From Magallana gigas (taxonomy: Eukaryota): DNA of 64,000 bases. Within the stretch, counting starts at the first letter, position 1. Every line of letters starts with the position of its first letter. The position numbers and the translations under genes are program-made. Location of the stretch: the NCBI RefSeq assembly GCF_963853765.1, contig NC_088862.1:21638001-21702000 (forward strand). The letters run 5' to 3'. This document shows positions 12,801 to 25,900 of this stretch, in pieces. Below the pieces are notes generated by a model. The model ran no database searches. It was not told the origin of the DNA and saw only the letters and a list, made by a program, of their open reading frames with translations.

Positions 12801-15661
12801 CTTAAACTTTTTCTCAAATGCTGACAGACTTGTCAAAAGAAACTTAAATATTCAGAAAATAAAACCAAAAGTATGGGTCTATAATGTAAATTTTGAGATA
12901 TGGCATGAAATAAGCTAAAAGGGGAAAATTGGAGCTGATTTTTTTCTTTACTTTTATGAAATATCACTTAAACATGCCAATATATGTCGATAGAAATATT
13001 GAAATATTGTTGAAATATGTTTTTTGAAACAACACGAAGATATCCCAATGCATTAACTATCTGAAAATTTGGTCTGCACGGAAAATAAGAAAGCCAAAAT
13101 GACGGTACTCTAAAACAACTGAGTTATGAAAAATGTTCATTTTCTTCTTAAAAACCTTCCGCCACAAAATATAGTCCCTTACTACACTCTCTAAATATGG
13201 AATTTTTCCATCACTATTTTATTCAATATAGTTTATTTGGCATAGTAAAAAAGGAATTTACAAGTAGAATTCATATATGACACAGAATTTCCAGACTAGA
13301 GGTGACACAAAATGGCTACCCAAAATCAGAGGATCGAACCTCTTTAAGAGTCAAGAGGACAATATAGCACAATGATATGCTCAGTCAGTTACTCTCTTCT
13401 GATTTAATTATTTGATGTTAAAACATCTTATTTTTTTAAATCATTGTTTAGCATTGATGATATTTTTTGAAACATTGTTTATCATTTAGGGTCCCTTTAT
13501 TTTATAGAAGTATTAACTCAAACAGCAGTTAAAACTAAACTGACACTACCCTTTCTCGGAAAAAAAAATAAAACAAATTTCCGCGTTTGAACTCGGTTTT
13601 AACTATCGATGGGAGTTTTATTAACATTTAAGTTAACATTTATATATATTTTTATAAATATTCGTAAGCTCCTTTTTAAATCTTACTGTATAAATGGAAT
13701 ATAAATGTAAATATTTCGAAAATAGCTTTTCTCCAAATGTTGGCCAATACCGATCATACAAGATATATAATGCTTTGTTCAAAATGGATCCCAACATATT
13801 CATTAACCTTACCCACGCTGTACTTTTAGATGAATCAGCCAATGACAGCAAGGAACACAGATCAATATTATTTTTCTCAAATTCTGACAGACTTGTCAAA
13901 AGAAACTTAAATATTCAGAAAATAAAACCAAAAGTATGGGTCTATAATGTAAATTTTGAGATATGGCATGAAATAAGCTAAAAGGGGAAAATTGGAGCTG
14001 ATTTTTTTCTTTACTTTTATGAAATATCACTTATACATGCCAATATATGTCGATAGAAATATTGAAATATTGTTGAAATATGTTTTTTGAAACAACACGA
14101 AGATATCCCAATGCATTAACTATCTGAAAATTTGGTCTGCACGGAAAATAAGAAAGCCAAAATGACGGTACTCTAAAACAACTGAGTTATGAAAAATGTT
14201 CATTTTCTTCTTAAAAACCTTCCGCCACAAAATATAGTCCCTTACTACACTCTCTAAATATGGAATTTTTCCATCACTATTTTATTCAATATAGTTTATT
14301 TGGCATAGTAAAAAAGGAATTTACAAGTAGCATTCATATATGACACAGAATTTCCAGACTAGAGGTGACACAAAATGGCTACCCAAAATCAGAGGATCGA
14401 ACCTCTTTAAGAGTCAAGAGGACAATATAGCACAATGATATGCTCAGTCAGTTACTCTCTTCTGATTTAATTATTTGATGTTAAAACATCTTATTTTTTT
14501 AAATCATTGTTTAGCATTGATGATATTTTTTGAAACATTGTTTATCATTTATGGTCCCTTTATTTTATAGAAGTATTAACTCAAACAGCAGTTAAAACTA
14601 AACTGACACTACCCTTTCTCGGAAAAAAAAATAAAACAAATTTCCGCGTTTGAACTCGGTTTTAACTATCGATGGGAGTTTTATTAACATTTAAGTTAAC
14701 ATTTATATATATTTTTATAAATATTCGTAAGCTCCTTTTTAAATCTTACTGTATAAATGGAATATAAATGTAAATATTTCGAAAATAGCTTTTCTCCAAA
14801 TGTTGGCCAATACCGATCATACAAGATATATAATGCTTTGTTCAAAATGGATCCCAACATATTCATTAACCTTACCCACGCTGTACTTTTAGATGAATCA
14901 GCCAATGACAGCAAGGAACACAGATCAATATTATTTTCCTATATCAATTTATTGATACTTTTTTGTTGTATGCGCGTTCAAGTTGAAAATAAATTTATAT
15001 CAAGATTACTATACTATACTATACCGAGGAGTTCAATCAATATCTAAACAGTTATCTGATTTCGTAAGCTTTGGATACGTTTCATAAACGATTTATATAC
15101 ACTTAATTATTACACGACATAGTACGTAACTTATAGGGTAAAATTTGCCTCTAAAAAAGCGCAAAGTTCATATTCTTTATATATGATGTTTAAATTTTCA
15201 AAGCGTTTCAGGTTATGTATACACGTGTGTCCTTGAAATGAATTGTTGGGAACACCGATCAACGAGAAATTTAACTTGGCATATAATATTACGCCATAAA
15301 AAAATCCTATTGAATTTTAAAGGTCGTCCAAACTGGGTTCTTCTAAAAATAACTTAATTGGTAAACAAATAATTCTAAAGGTACATATTACAGGTGAAGA
15401 AATGTATGATTAAAGTAAACAAAAGTTATAAACATTTCTTTCAGTTATTATCACATAAGTATATAAATTTATTTTGGTATGTCCAACTAACCTCAATTTC
15501 TTTCCAGCTTTTTGGCTCAATTCTTCTGCGGTACACGGCTGCTGAATTTCAGTAAAGGCGTCCACTATACCAGTTTTGTGACCAAACGCAAAGACTAGTG
15601 AGCTAAGTCCATCCCTTACAATCTGTTCTAAATCTCGAGCGTTCGTTGTAGAAGATGCCAT
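9883..15661 (-). CDS. Rv2258c-like class I SAM-dependent methyltransferase, copy B, 342 aa; exons 15661-15492, 12376-12189, 11122-11012, 10442-9883
   Basis: GT-AG junctions with compatible phases (2,1,1), 1029 nt open. MASSTTNARDLEQIVRDG...KKLRYTQEWLGCMVAAGIV...LDIGCGFG...IDM...FDFVIINDVLHD. Confidence 0.88.
11275..11901 (+). mobile_element. HINE/DINE-1-like non-autonomous Helentron in intron 2 of copy B
   Basis: 5' TTTTTATGCCCCC..GGGCATA, GTCT/GTCG microsatellite, ~155-160-bp internal tandem units (atatctaggtcaagtt x3), 3' GGGGTCATA..GTGTTTCACAAACA. Confidence 0.78.
12809..14937 (+). repeat. Near-identical 1063-bp tandem duplication in intron 1 of copy B
   Basis: ctgacagacttgtc starts at 12821 and at 13884; the units differ at only a few single bases; the duplicated ORFs 13633/14696 and 13694/14757 reflect it. 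Confidence 0.95.
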
Positions 15662-18604
15662 TGCACTGCAAAACTATAATTCTTGCCTTTGCGTAATATT
15701 ATGGATACCTATGTGTTTCTAAATTATGTGCAGTACTGTATAAAGGGTGTTGCTAAAACGCAGAACGGAAAACGGATTTTTTTGTACCTGAACGGTGTAT
15801 AAAATGATATCTTAAAACAAGATACTGAATGTAAATAAAAGAATTTATCTGTCAATGTTATTGCTAATAAAAGATTGACAGTTTACAACTTTGATCTGGT
15901 AATTCATCGTTATCAATACATTATTTTTTGCCGAGATGTTAATATAAATTCTTTAAAGAATTGTGTATTTGTTGACAAATTTAATTTATTTTTTACTTAA
16001 CGACTCTATGTATATTAAATTGTTGCTTTTAAATTTTTATAATCATACAATTATAACAATTGGACGGGAAACCCTCTTTATATCCGGTTTAACACGCGCA
16101 TGACCTCTGTACGAAACATTATGGATCCAGAATGATTTTTCATCCCACCCTCACCTCCTCTCGAATTCAGAATACATTATTATAATATTCAAGTACAAAA
16201 GTATTCTCAGAGTCTAAATTCGTAATTTCGTTCCAAAAGATAATAAACTAACCAAATGTGTTTTTATACGTAATTATTGTTATTTATGAGTTATTATTTT
16301 TGAATATCATATACATGTATTTGAAATTAATGAAAACAGGATTGCAGTATTCATTAAAACATTAAATAAAAAAACCAATAAACTTTTCCAGTTTCCCAAG
16401 CTTTGATATTTACACTGTCATATTGTGTCCTTTTATATCTTTCGGCCTGGTTGAAACACCAAGTCATTGCAATAAAACAAAGCAGCAAAGGGGATCGGGG
16501 CAGTTTTTTCGTGATGACAGCAGTGGTATCAAACATGTCGGCTCTTTTGAAAATCGACGACTACTGATAAGACCATGGGAACTTCGTCCTCATTCGACTC
16601 GCCAACAGATAATCATGTGCGAGGAAAGTTTCAGACAGTTTTTGAAGAATAGGTAATGTATTATTTTTTTCAGTTACTTTTATGCTTTTCCAAACCCCAT
16701 TATATTCCTATTCGGTACGAAGGGGTATTCAAAGCATTTGATGATCTAAAAAGGGGTATATGTGGGGATCCGGACCCTTACAGGCTAGAAAATTATTCAC
16801 ATAGCAAAGATACCGAAAAAAGGCCTTGGACCGACTTCCCTGGCAATCAAACATCCATCTGAGACCCCATCCCTTTTAGGGGAAAATTTCTGGATCCGCG
16901 CATCTGAGAATTGAAGCAAAAGAAAATATACATTGAACACCTAACATCGAAATAGGTTTTAATAATTGAAATCAATGTCGAATTTTTATTAAAAGCTAGA
17001 AACCGAACCCCGGTAATTATTCTGAAAATACGAGAATATTTTCATTGAACAATAATTGCTAAAATTTAGGTCGAATTTCAGTGAATCAACTTATCTTTCT
17101 TTGCAATCAATTTAATATTATGAAAATCATTGATATTGATTATGAATTTAAGCTACATGAATTGATCAGGCATTGTATATAAATTATGATATATATCTTT
17201 TTAGATCTGACTCCGAATTATCAGACTCTTCGTCGAATAAACAGCTTGCCATCTCTCGAAGAATTCTCAACTTGAGCATACGATGAAGACGCCCCGATTT
17301 CAATTTCCAGTAGAGATTCCTTAAGAGAAACCGAAAGTCTTCATCTGTCATCACAAGTAGATTCCATTGTTATTTTGTCGAGCCCAGAATCTGTCTCAAA
17401 TTCACCAGCATCGAAAGCCTTCGAGCAGTGGTTCTGAACATGATTTTGATCAAAAGTATAAGTTCAGTCACGTAGCATCGGTTTTGAAAGGGGGTAGAGA
17501 GTAACTCCAAAACTTCACATGCATAGATAATTCACCCGTCTACAAATTCTTACTCCGTGGGGAGTGGGGAGTGACAAACCAGAAATATCAATCCTCCAAG
17601 AGGCAGGGGGGGGGGGGGGGGAGAGTGTGACGTGCTTAAATCATCCGTTATAATGTTTTGGTGAATTTTACCTACATAACATATTACCTGTAAATTCATT
17701 AACATGCTACTAAAAATGTGCGTGCGTGTGTGTGTGTGTGTGTGGGGGGGGGGGGGTTGTTCGTTCGTTCAACATTCATACAATTTCCTATACATATATG
17801 GTGTACATATAAAGAAAAAATATCTGTTTGGAGAAAAAGAGAGGGAGCACCCCCCCCCCCCCCCCTTCCCTACTACGTGTCTGCGGTATATTTTAGAAAA
17901 ACTAAAAATGTGGTGAAATACACCTTTAGCTTTGTTCGTTTTGTTTTAAAGGCAGAATACGGGATGGGCATGTCTGTTGTTTTAGTGTTGCATGTGAATG
18001 GGTGGTGATTGCTGTGTTGATTGATCTAGACCTGAGTTTATGTTCAAAACCTGATTACACGCAGTGTCATTCCTTAGTGGTAAATGATGCATTACTCTTT
18101 AATCCTTGTATAAGCCTTAACACTGCTTATACTAATTTTATTGTTTTAACCGGGCTCTGCTGAAAGCAGAGTCCTGGCTATAGGCAGGCAAATCGCCAAT
18201 GTTACTATAAATTGCACAAGTAAACAAAAAACCAGCGTCATGGTAAAGCTTCCGCTATACCAAATAGTTACACAAAGAGCCACGTTTTGTCAAAAGTGTT
18301 GGCATTTTGTTTCTTTTTTTTTAAATTTCGAATGAATTGTCTATCTTTTTTAGTTTTCTTATTAATATTTTTTTTTAATGTTTTTAAAACATTACTATGC
18401 ATTTTGGACACATACAATGCGCATGAATTTCCATGAACTACTTTGCTGCGCGATGAAGAAATGGGGATTGAATATATAATGCTTGTTGCAAAATTTAAGG
18501 CAGCAACTGTTGAACTTTTTAACTTCTACTAGACAGACATATTTTTTGTTTATAGCCGCTTACAAAATTTGGTCGCTCTCTGATGCTTTGCCGACATTAA
18601 AAGC

Positions 18605-18606
<2 letters not shown>

Positions 18607-18670
<64 letters not shown>
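18607..18670. repeat. (GA)n microsatellite
   Basis: Directly visible. Confidence 0.97.
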
Positions 18671-18674
<4 letters not shown>

Positions 18675-19276
18675 CAGTCTTTACTACACAATATGCATAA
18701 AGACACAGCAAAAGAGCCCGGCTTTCAGTACTTCAGTACTTTGATTAAGAGATGTCAGTCAATATCAAAACATCTTATCAGATGAATTGTATTATTTCTG
18801 TTCTTACATATCCAGTCAACAACCCATACGTCATACGTTTTAGCAGCTTGTTGCAATGAGAGATGAAATAGGAAGTGCATTGAAATTGATACTCGAACCC
18901 CCGCCGAATCGTCCGTGAACTTAGATCGTAACATACATGTAAGTCACATTTGATGTATCAATAGCCTTTCATTATGAAGCTATATATACACAAGTTTCAT
19001 AATAAGTCTGCTCACCCCTATAATGTCAAAATAGGACTTATGAATGTTTAAAGATTTCTCACTTAAGACACCCATCTCTTGTTTTCTGCATTCTCGACAG
19101 TCCATTATTATTTCCCATTGCATATATAGTTTCAGTGATAATATATAATTTTGAAAAAAAAGACATGGTGAGAATCCGTGACTTTTTCGAGGGGGGTACA
19201 CCGTTACCCATGCGTGGATGTAGAATTTAGAATGTAGAAAACACAGCCATGCTTGTTGTCAGTAAATAAAAAAAAA

Positions 19277-19939
19277 ATGCCTCATTATGTTGAAATTTTC
19301 AAAATCGGAAAAATCGAATGCCCATGTGATGGACATAAGGCCAAACAAATGTGTTCTCATGCTTTCTTAGCAGAGAAAAGGGGAGTTCTTGAAAATTATC
19401 TTTGTTGATATGAAAAATGCAGGGGTCTCAGCATTTCAGCGATATGCAGAGAAAAAATGCCACAAAAACCTCAACAGAAACCAGGCCATAAAGATAGATC
19501 GTCAAAAAGAAAATCTACTACTCGTTTTGAATACGATGATGCACTTTCCACGAAACGTAGATCGCACTACAACCGGAGAGAAAGTAATGTAACTGCAACC
19601 GATGATATTGAGTCCAATTACTTTCTGAAATTATTAAATGGAACAAAGATAAGGGTATGTTACGGGTGTTCAAAGGCAATCAGAATCCCACCACACGTTC
19701 CTGCGCCCCCTTACGATGTGGTTATATGCAGAAAGGAATATCGCGCCTATTCCTTGGACGGGACAGCAAAACTTACGCTCACGCCTCAAAATGTCCATTA
19801 TCGTTTACGGAAGGCATGCCTCATAATGAAAAATCCCGAATTTGACGAGGATACTCTCATCATTTGTCCTCCTGATGTCGGTCAGCAGCTAACAGATGTT
19901 CACAAGAATTATTTGAAATGTTTTAATGTGAAGCACTAA
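19277..19939 (+). pseudogene. Degenerate SWIM zinc-finger protein C-terminus, probably a MULE-like transposase relic
   Basis: In frame with ORF 19457..19939: ...KIECPCDGHKAKQMCSH (CxC..CxH) then TGA at 19406-19408, then the CYGC-containing C-terminal region. Confidence 0.6.
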
Positions 19940-20690
19940 AATCTCTCAAGATGTTTCTCTTCAAAGTTATTGTTTCCTTCCCCCACTCGATGTACAAGCA
20001 TACAGTACCCATTTCGGAAATTTATTACAGTTATTAATTTTCAGTTATCTCTGGCTTAGATATTAGTAATTAACATCTGGTATATGTATAGTAAAAACGG
20101 TGTGGAGTGAATGCGTAAAACTATTGGGATTCATGTGTTTTACAATTGAATACATCTCAAAAATGTGATTAATGAGTTATCTTTATTGTAATTGTTTTAG
20201 TAAAAATACGTTACATACATGTACCGTTGTCCATAGAAATGGCGTTAAAAATTATAATTATGATCAGTACCTGACTGAATTCTGCTCGAACTCACGTGGC
20301 AAATAAAACAGACTAAAACAGATCGGAAAAATCCAAAGGGCAACGATTGGTTGCCCTCAACCAGACAAAGTTTATTGACGACCAATTTAGAAAAGCGTCG
20401 TGTCCTACCTTTAAATTTGCTTTTTGAATTTATAAACGGTTCATTTTATATTGTAAGAAATTGTTTTCATTCTGTAAGTCACATTTTATTATAGTAAAGG
20501 ATCGAGTTATAGCCAAGCTGTTTGTAGCCTGTTTTCAATAGTAAATATTAATGGGCCGTTTTTCATTCACAAACAAATGGGTCGTAGAAAAACCGTGAAA
20601 TGACGATAATGAGTTGCCACAACTGGTGAGGATACACATTTAATAAAAATGCACCGAAATAACAGATATTTAACGGCATACTCTAAAACC

Positions 20691-20842
20691 TGGCCTGGCC
20701 TGGCTTGGCCCCGTTGGCCAGGCCTGGCCTCAAAGTTGGCCTGGCCTCATGTTTGGCCTCAAAATTGGCCTGGCCCCAAATTTCTGTCTGGCCTCAAAAA
20801 TCGGCCTGGCCTCTAACTTGGCCTCTTCAAAAAATTCTGGCC
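20691..20842. repeat. Array of 16 GGCC (mostly TGGCC) motifs
   Basis: Counted directly; GC-rich island in an AT-rich background. Confidence 0.9.
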
Positions 20843-22129
20843 TCAAAATTTAAAATTTCTTTTTTTCTCTTTTTCTTAGATTTAGATAGAATTTTTAGTG
20901 ATTTCTTTGAAAAATTGAATATGCTTAAGGAATATACGTACATGTATGAAAAAACATATATGAAAAGATGACCGATTTTTCAAGTTGAGTTATTTTAATC
21001 CATGTCTAAGCACACAAAAAATACATGTACAGCACTGCTCTTACTACCGGTATAAGGAATATATTTTGCAGCTTCATTTAAATTGCTAAAACATGACAGA
21101 GTGATTGAGCTACTGATGAAATTGTAAAGATATTTCATTAATGGAATGAAAAATTGAATGAATAAAACAACAATTACTGTCAAAGGACATTTTATTTAAG
21201 ATAATCAACACAAATTAAGTTTATGATGCGTATCGGTACACCCTAAAGAAAGATAAACTGTCAAATTGATAAAAGGTAATGGAAAAAGCAATGTGCAATG
21301 CAAAAGTTCATATCTTGGTGTGAGCGGCGGATATTTAGAACAATGTTTCAAAGTTATAATTTTCTATTAAAATAAACAGACAATATATTGATATAAATCA
21401 ATTATGAGCCACTTTTAAAAAGGATTATATATTGTCATATCACATATTGTGGATTGCAGTTATTATGAAGGTCTTAGCAACTTTTTATAAACATAGACCT
21501 GCATTAAAGTTTGAACCCCTTGTGCGGCCCAAACATTGTTCAGTGGCCCAGACGAAACATTTAAGGATTAATAATATGTTAAATCTTGACGAAAGTATAT
21601 GATAATTAAACTTTCAAGTATTGTTTAATATTCATCCATTTGTATTTAAAAAAATGAGCAACAATTTAAGATAGGAGAAAGAACAAAAATGTTAGTATTG
21701 ATGATTACTTTTGAAGGTACTTAAGAAAAAGGGCTGGCCCCTTAAATTAGGAGCCAAAACACTCTTAAAATCTCTTAATCTCTTACAAATAACTTAAAAA
21801 ACGATCAAGATTTTGTAATGCATTACAGAAGCAAAGTAGCTAATCGTAACAATATCAGTTTGTAAAACTCATTGCCACACCCATTGATGACGTATTTAGG
21901 GTTTTTAGGGAACTAAATTCCTAAATCTATAATGTGCTGTATGTGAAAAAGCACAACACTTTGTTTAGCATTGTAAAGGATATTGACAATCGTATACATT
22001 ATCTGAAAGGGAGGGGTTGAGGAGGAATTCTGAAATATTTTTTATATTTTAATCGTATCGTTTTAAAATTGAACGGAAGACCTACTCGTTACATGTAACG
22101 AGATTGTATCTAATTAAAGATAATGTTCC

Positions 22130-22830
22130 GATGCAAAAATTCGACCTTCAAATGTGGCCAAAACCTAACTCCCAAGATCATGATTTTAAACACAATTAAA
22201 GCAACACAATCTGAGGTCCCTTTCATTTAAGTTACAGTTGCATGACCGATTGATTTTTGAGAAGATTTTCTTTTATATATTCCAATGTAAATTTTCTTTT
22301 ACCCTCATTTTGACCCCACCTTACCACCGGGGATCATGATTTGAACAATCTTAAATTTACATTACCTGAGGATGCTTCCACCTAAGTTTTAGTTTTTCTG
22401 CCTTATAGATTTTTTAGGGATAAAGTTCTGCAGATTTGTCTGTATATATTTCTATGAAAAATTTTATACCAACATTGCGACCCCTCTCTACCCATGAGGA
22501 TCATGATGTGAAAAAAAAATCTTTGAATCTACTCTACTTAAGAATGCTTTTACACAAGTGCCAGCTCTCTGTCTAGTTTTTGTTAAGATTTTTTTTTAGA
22601 TTTTTAAAAATATATATTCAAATGTTTAAAACACCCTGCTCCATAGGGATTGTGATTTGAACATTCTTTAATCTTAAATACCTGAGAAAGCTTTCAACAA
22701 ATTTCAATTTTTCTGACTGTGTCTCGAAGAATCCTTAGTTTGAAGTTTGGTTAAAATTGGCCAAGTGGTTATGATGACAATGTAAAACGTTTAAGGACAG
22801 ACAAGTGAGATAAAAAGCTTAACTTTAATG
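22130..22830 (-). mobile_element. Degenerate HINE/satellite-bearing element, reverse orientation, same family as 5021-6241
   Basis: Repeated gatcatgatttgaac...acctgaggatgcttcca units are the reverse complement of the 5.0-6.2 kb internal repeat; ends are decayed and approximate. Confidence 0.6.
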
Positions 22831-22993
22831 AACAAAATATATTCAATTTGATAAAAATTCTGACAATTTAAAAATAATTATAATAATAACAAAAGATTTA
22901 GAAAAACTAAAAATAAAGATTCTATTGCTTATCAATTCAAATATTGTATTCTTATTGCGGTTTACATATTTCAGCAAAGTTAGTATTTATATT

Positions 22994-25900
22994 TTACACA
23001 TTTTGGAATACAATGCCCTCTTGTATGGCATCAATATCTTTATCTCCGACCTGCACAACTCGAAAACCATGTTCTTTGATCTTCTGTTTTCGGCGTTCGT
23101 AACCCCAACCTATCCCAAGTCCTTCATTAGGACCCATGCTACTCACTGGGAGACACTGAAATAAGCTAAACGGTAAAAAATACTGCGCCGTTGCGTCGTT
23201 GATAACCTTTTTGTGATACGACGACACCGCGGGGTCGTAAGCGGCCGCAAATCCATCAGGTTTAAGCACCCTCTTGATTCCTTCCAGTATCTCATCAACT
23301 TCGTAGGAATCATGCAAAACATCGTTGATTATCACGAAATCAAATTTGTTTGCCCACTCGTCTGGAAGTTGCCCTCCTTTCAAACATATGTATTCGATGT
23401 TCTTTAGCCCACTTTTGGTGAGTTCCTTTTTGGCGTTATCGATGGAGAACTGGTCCATGTCTATTGCGGTTATTTTAGAGCATGGATATAGCTTTGCCAC
23501 TTCTCTGGAATGCTTCCCAAACCCACATCCTATGTCTAATATTGCAAATGCGTTTCCTGTGAATAGATACAGCAAATTGTTTTAACATATTATTTAAAAT
23601 GATAATGCGTCCAAAATGTATTTGAAAAAAATTCTTTTTATTTTTTTTTTAATATCACAAAAATGAAAGTTTTCTTATTAACATGACAACAAATTGCCAG
23701 ATCAATTCTTCTGCAAATGAATAATTATAATCATCTGAGTGTGAAATTCTAATGAAAGACTATAAACTCTTAACTCAACATGACAAAAACTATTTGTTTT
23801 TTGAAAAAAGTCAACAGTCAAATGACTTTAGGGATATTTCCCAACATATTTCAACCTCTTCAATTTCCCCTTTTCTTTTCAGTGCATCCGTGCTTACTTA
23901 TGATATTTTTTTTAAAAGTTTGTTTAACTTGATTACTGGACTGGTAACGTTTGTTTTACTGAAAACTTTTTCCAACCACTGCGTTTCTCAGCAAAACTAA
24001 TAAAATCACTAAATCTAGCAACAACGTTAAGAAAAAGAATAGATAACAAAGAAATATATCAGTCGGGCTTAACACTGACCATATAAGAACATTTGTCTGT
24101 CGGAGATAAGTTACCTCAGTTTAAAATTTAAAACACTGCTCTGATGTCATCCCTTAGCTCGCTCCAGCTGTCTAATACTTTACCGTTGACAAATCAGTGT
24201 TAGCTTTTTAAGATTAGTCCGTTATCAAGGGTTACAGTACTGATATTCTTCAAAATAGTACTGTCTCAGGTAAATCAACAATGAAATGTAATGGCAGTAT
24301 TTTAAGTGCAATATATGCCTCAAACACTTCTCTATAAAACAAATAACAAACAGTTCTCGGCCGAAAAGGGCATCAAACTCTCTGATATTTTTTTCACGCA
24401 GAACTATATATCCAAAACTTAACACTGAAGATACTTTGGTCAACATGAGGTCAAATTTACGAGCAGTTTGTCTTCAAAAGAAAGCCATAAAATATAATGC
24501 ACTGTACTGTGGAATTCCTAAATTTGAATCAAGCTATCAGAGCGTCATAATGCCAGGGGTATAAAAAGACACACACAAAAATCATCGGTGAAGTAAACCA
24601 GAATCGAGTTCAACATTCTGTAGACTCTTTACTAATTTCTTTTCACAATACCTATTACTGGAAGAAGAAGCCGTTGGTTCCAATCCTGTAAAGCCTCTGA
24701 TGAACGATACACGTCGATCCAATGCAGAACTGGTTCGTAATATCCATAGCCTTCACAAAATTGAGAGATAATAAGTTTTGTTTTTCAATGCACAAATGAT
24801 AATGATGATGATGATAATTAAAATCATAATAATTGTGATAATAATTATAATAATAATAAAAGTAATAATTATAATAATATATAATTAAAAAAAAAATCTT
24901 AATATCACATTGATAAATCAAAACATCTTGTTTAAAATATAATTTAAAAGATGTACAATGTACTTTTATAAGTTTTAATAACATGCGTTCTAATCTTTGT
25001 CAAAAGTAAAAGGATTGTATGATTTAACAGATATGAAATATTATAATCACATTCAACATATTCATCATTCTTCTAGAAATCTTATATAAATTCATTAATT
25101 TTGTATCAATGTTACAGAGATAAGTTTTGTCAAAATTTAATTAACAATTGATACACACAGAAAACCCAATAAAAATTAAAACAGCATATCAAGATATTAT
25201 CTTTTAGATTGATGCAATAAAAAAAATTGAGACCACCTTTGAAAAATTAGCGATTAACAGAGTCGAAAGAAAATGTTAATTATTAGTACTTGACTACTGC
25301 GCATTTCAATATATTGAAATTGTGATCCATCAACGATGAGTGCTCATAGGTATTTTGTATACCTTTTGGTCCATCGAGTTTTGTTGCTTCCTCAAGTTTT
25401 GGAATCATCTCGCTGAGAATTGGAATAGCAGCTGCATTGTGGCCCCAGATTTTAAGTTGAGTTTTGTCATGAGGAAGTGAATAATTTTCATCGTCTGTGA
25501 TTGTTACAATCCCTGCTGCAACCATACATCCTAGCCATTCTTGTGTGTATCTGTTAAAAACAGAATTTTCAATTTGCAAATATTTTCTTTAAATAGCAGC
25601 TATTACTTGTTCTTTCTTTATATCAGCGAGATTCGGTCAGGAAGACATCATAGATGTATAAAGCCTAAGAATATAATTGATTAATTCCTTTATGCTGATA
25701 ATTTTTTCATGGATGTTTAAAAAATCTTGTTTCGTAAATGCAGACACATTTTATGTAAGTATAAATGGTATTTTTTATATCTTTTTTGTACAACACAATT
25801 CTTTTTATATTTCATAATTTTTAGCAACAAAAAAGTTTTTGAAGTCGCAGATTTAAATGATTGTTACATGTCAATAATTTTTCTTGAGAAATTAATGCTT

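Noticed and set aside
13633-15047. Paired ORFs on both strands appearing twice
   Set aside because: Products of the intronic 1063-bp tandem duplication; no recognisable domain.
16354-17500. Coding-looking minus-strand fragments (possible PHD-like Cys/His piece, acidic stretch) and a GGATCCGCGCAT MITE-like end at ~16870
   Set aside because: Multiple stops in all frames, and I could not assign a family or boundaries with confidence.
20691-20842. CRISPR-like or bacterial repeat interpretation of the short arrays (also the 82-bp units)
   Set aside because: Eukaryotic intron-containing context, no constant repeat with unique spacers, and no cas genes.
24655-24984. Tyr/His/Asn-rich ORF
   Set aside because: Intronic (TAA/TGA)n low-complexity tract read through into exon 3 of copy C.
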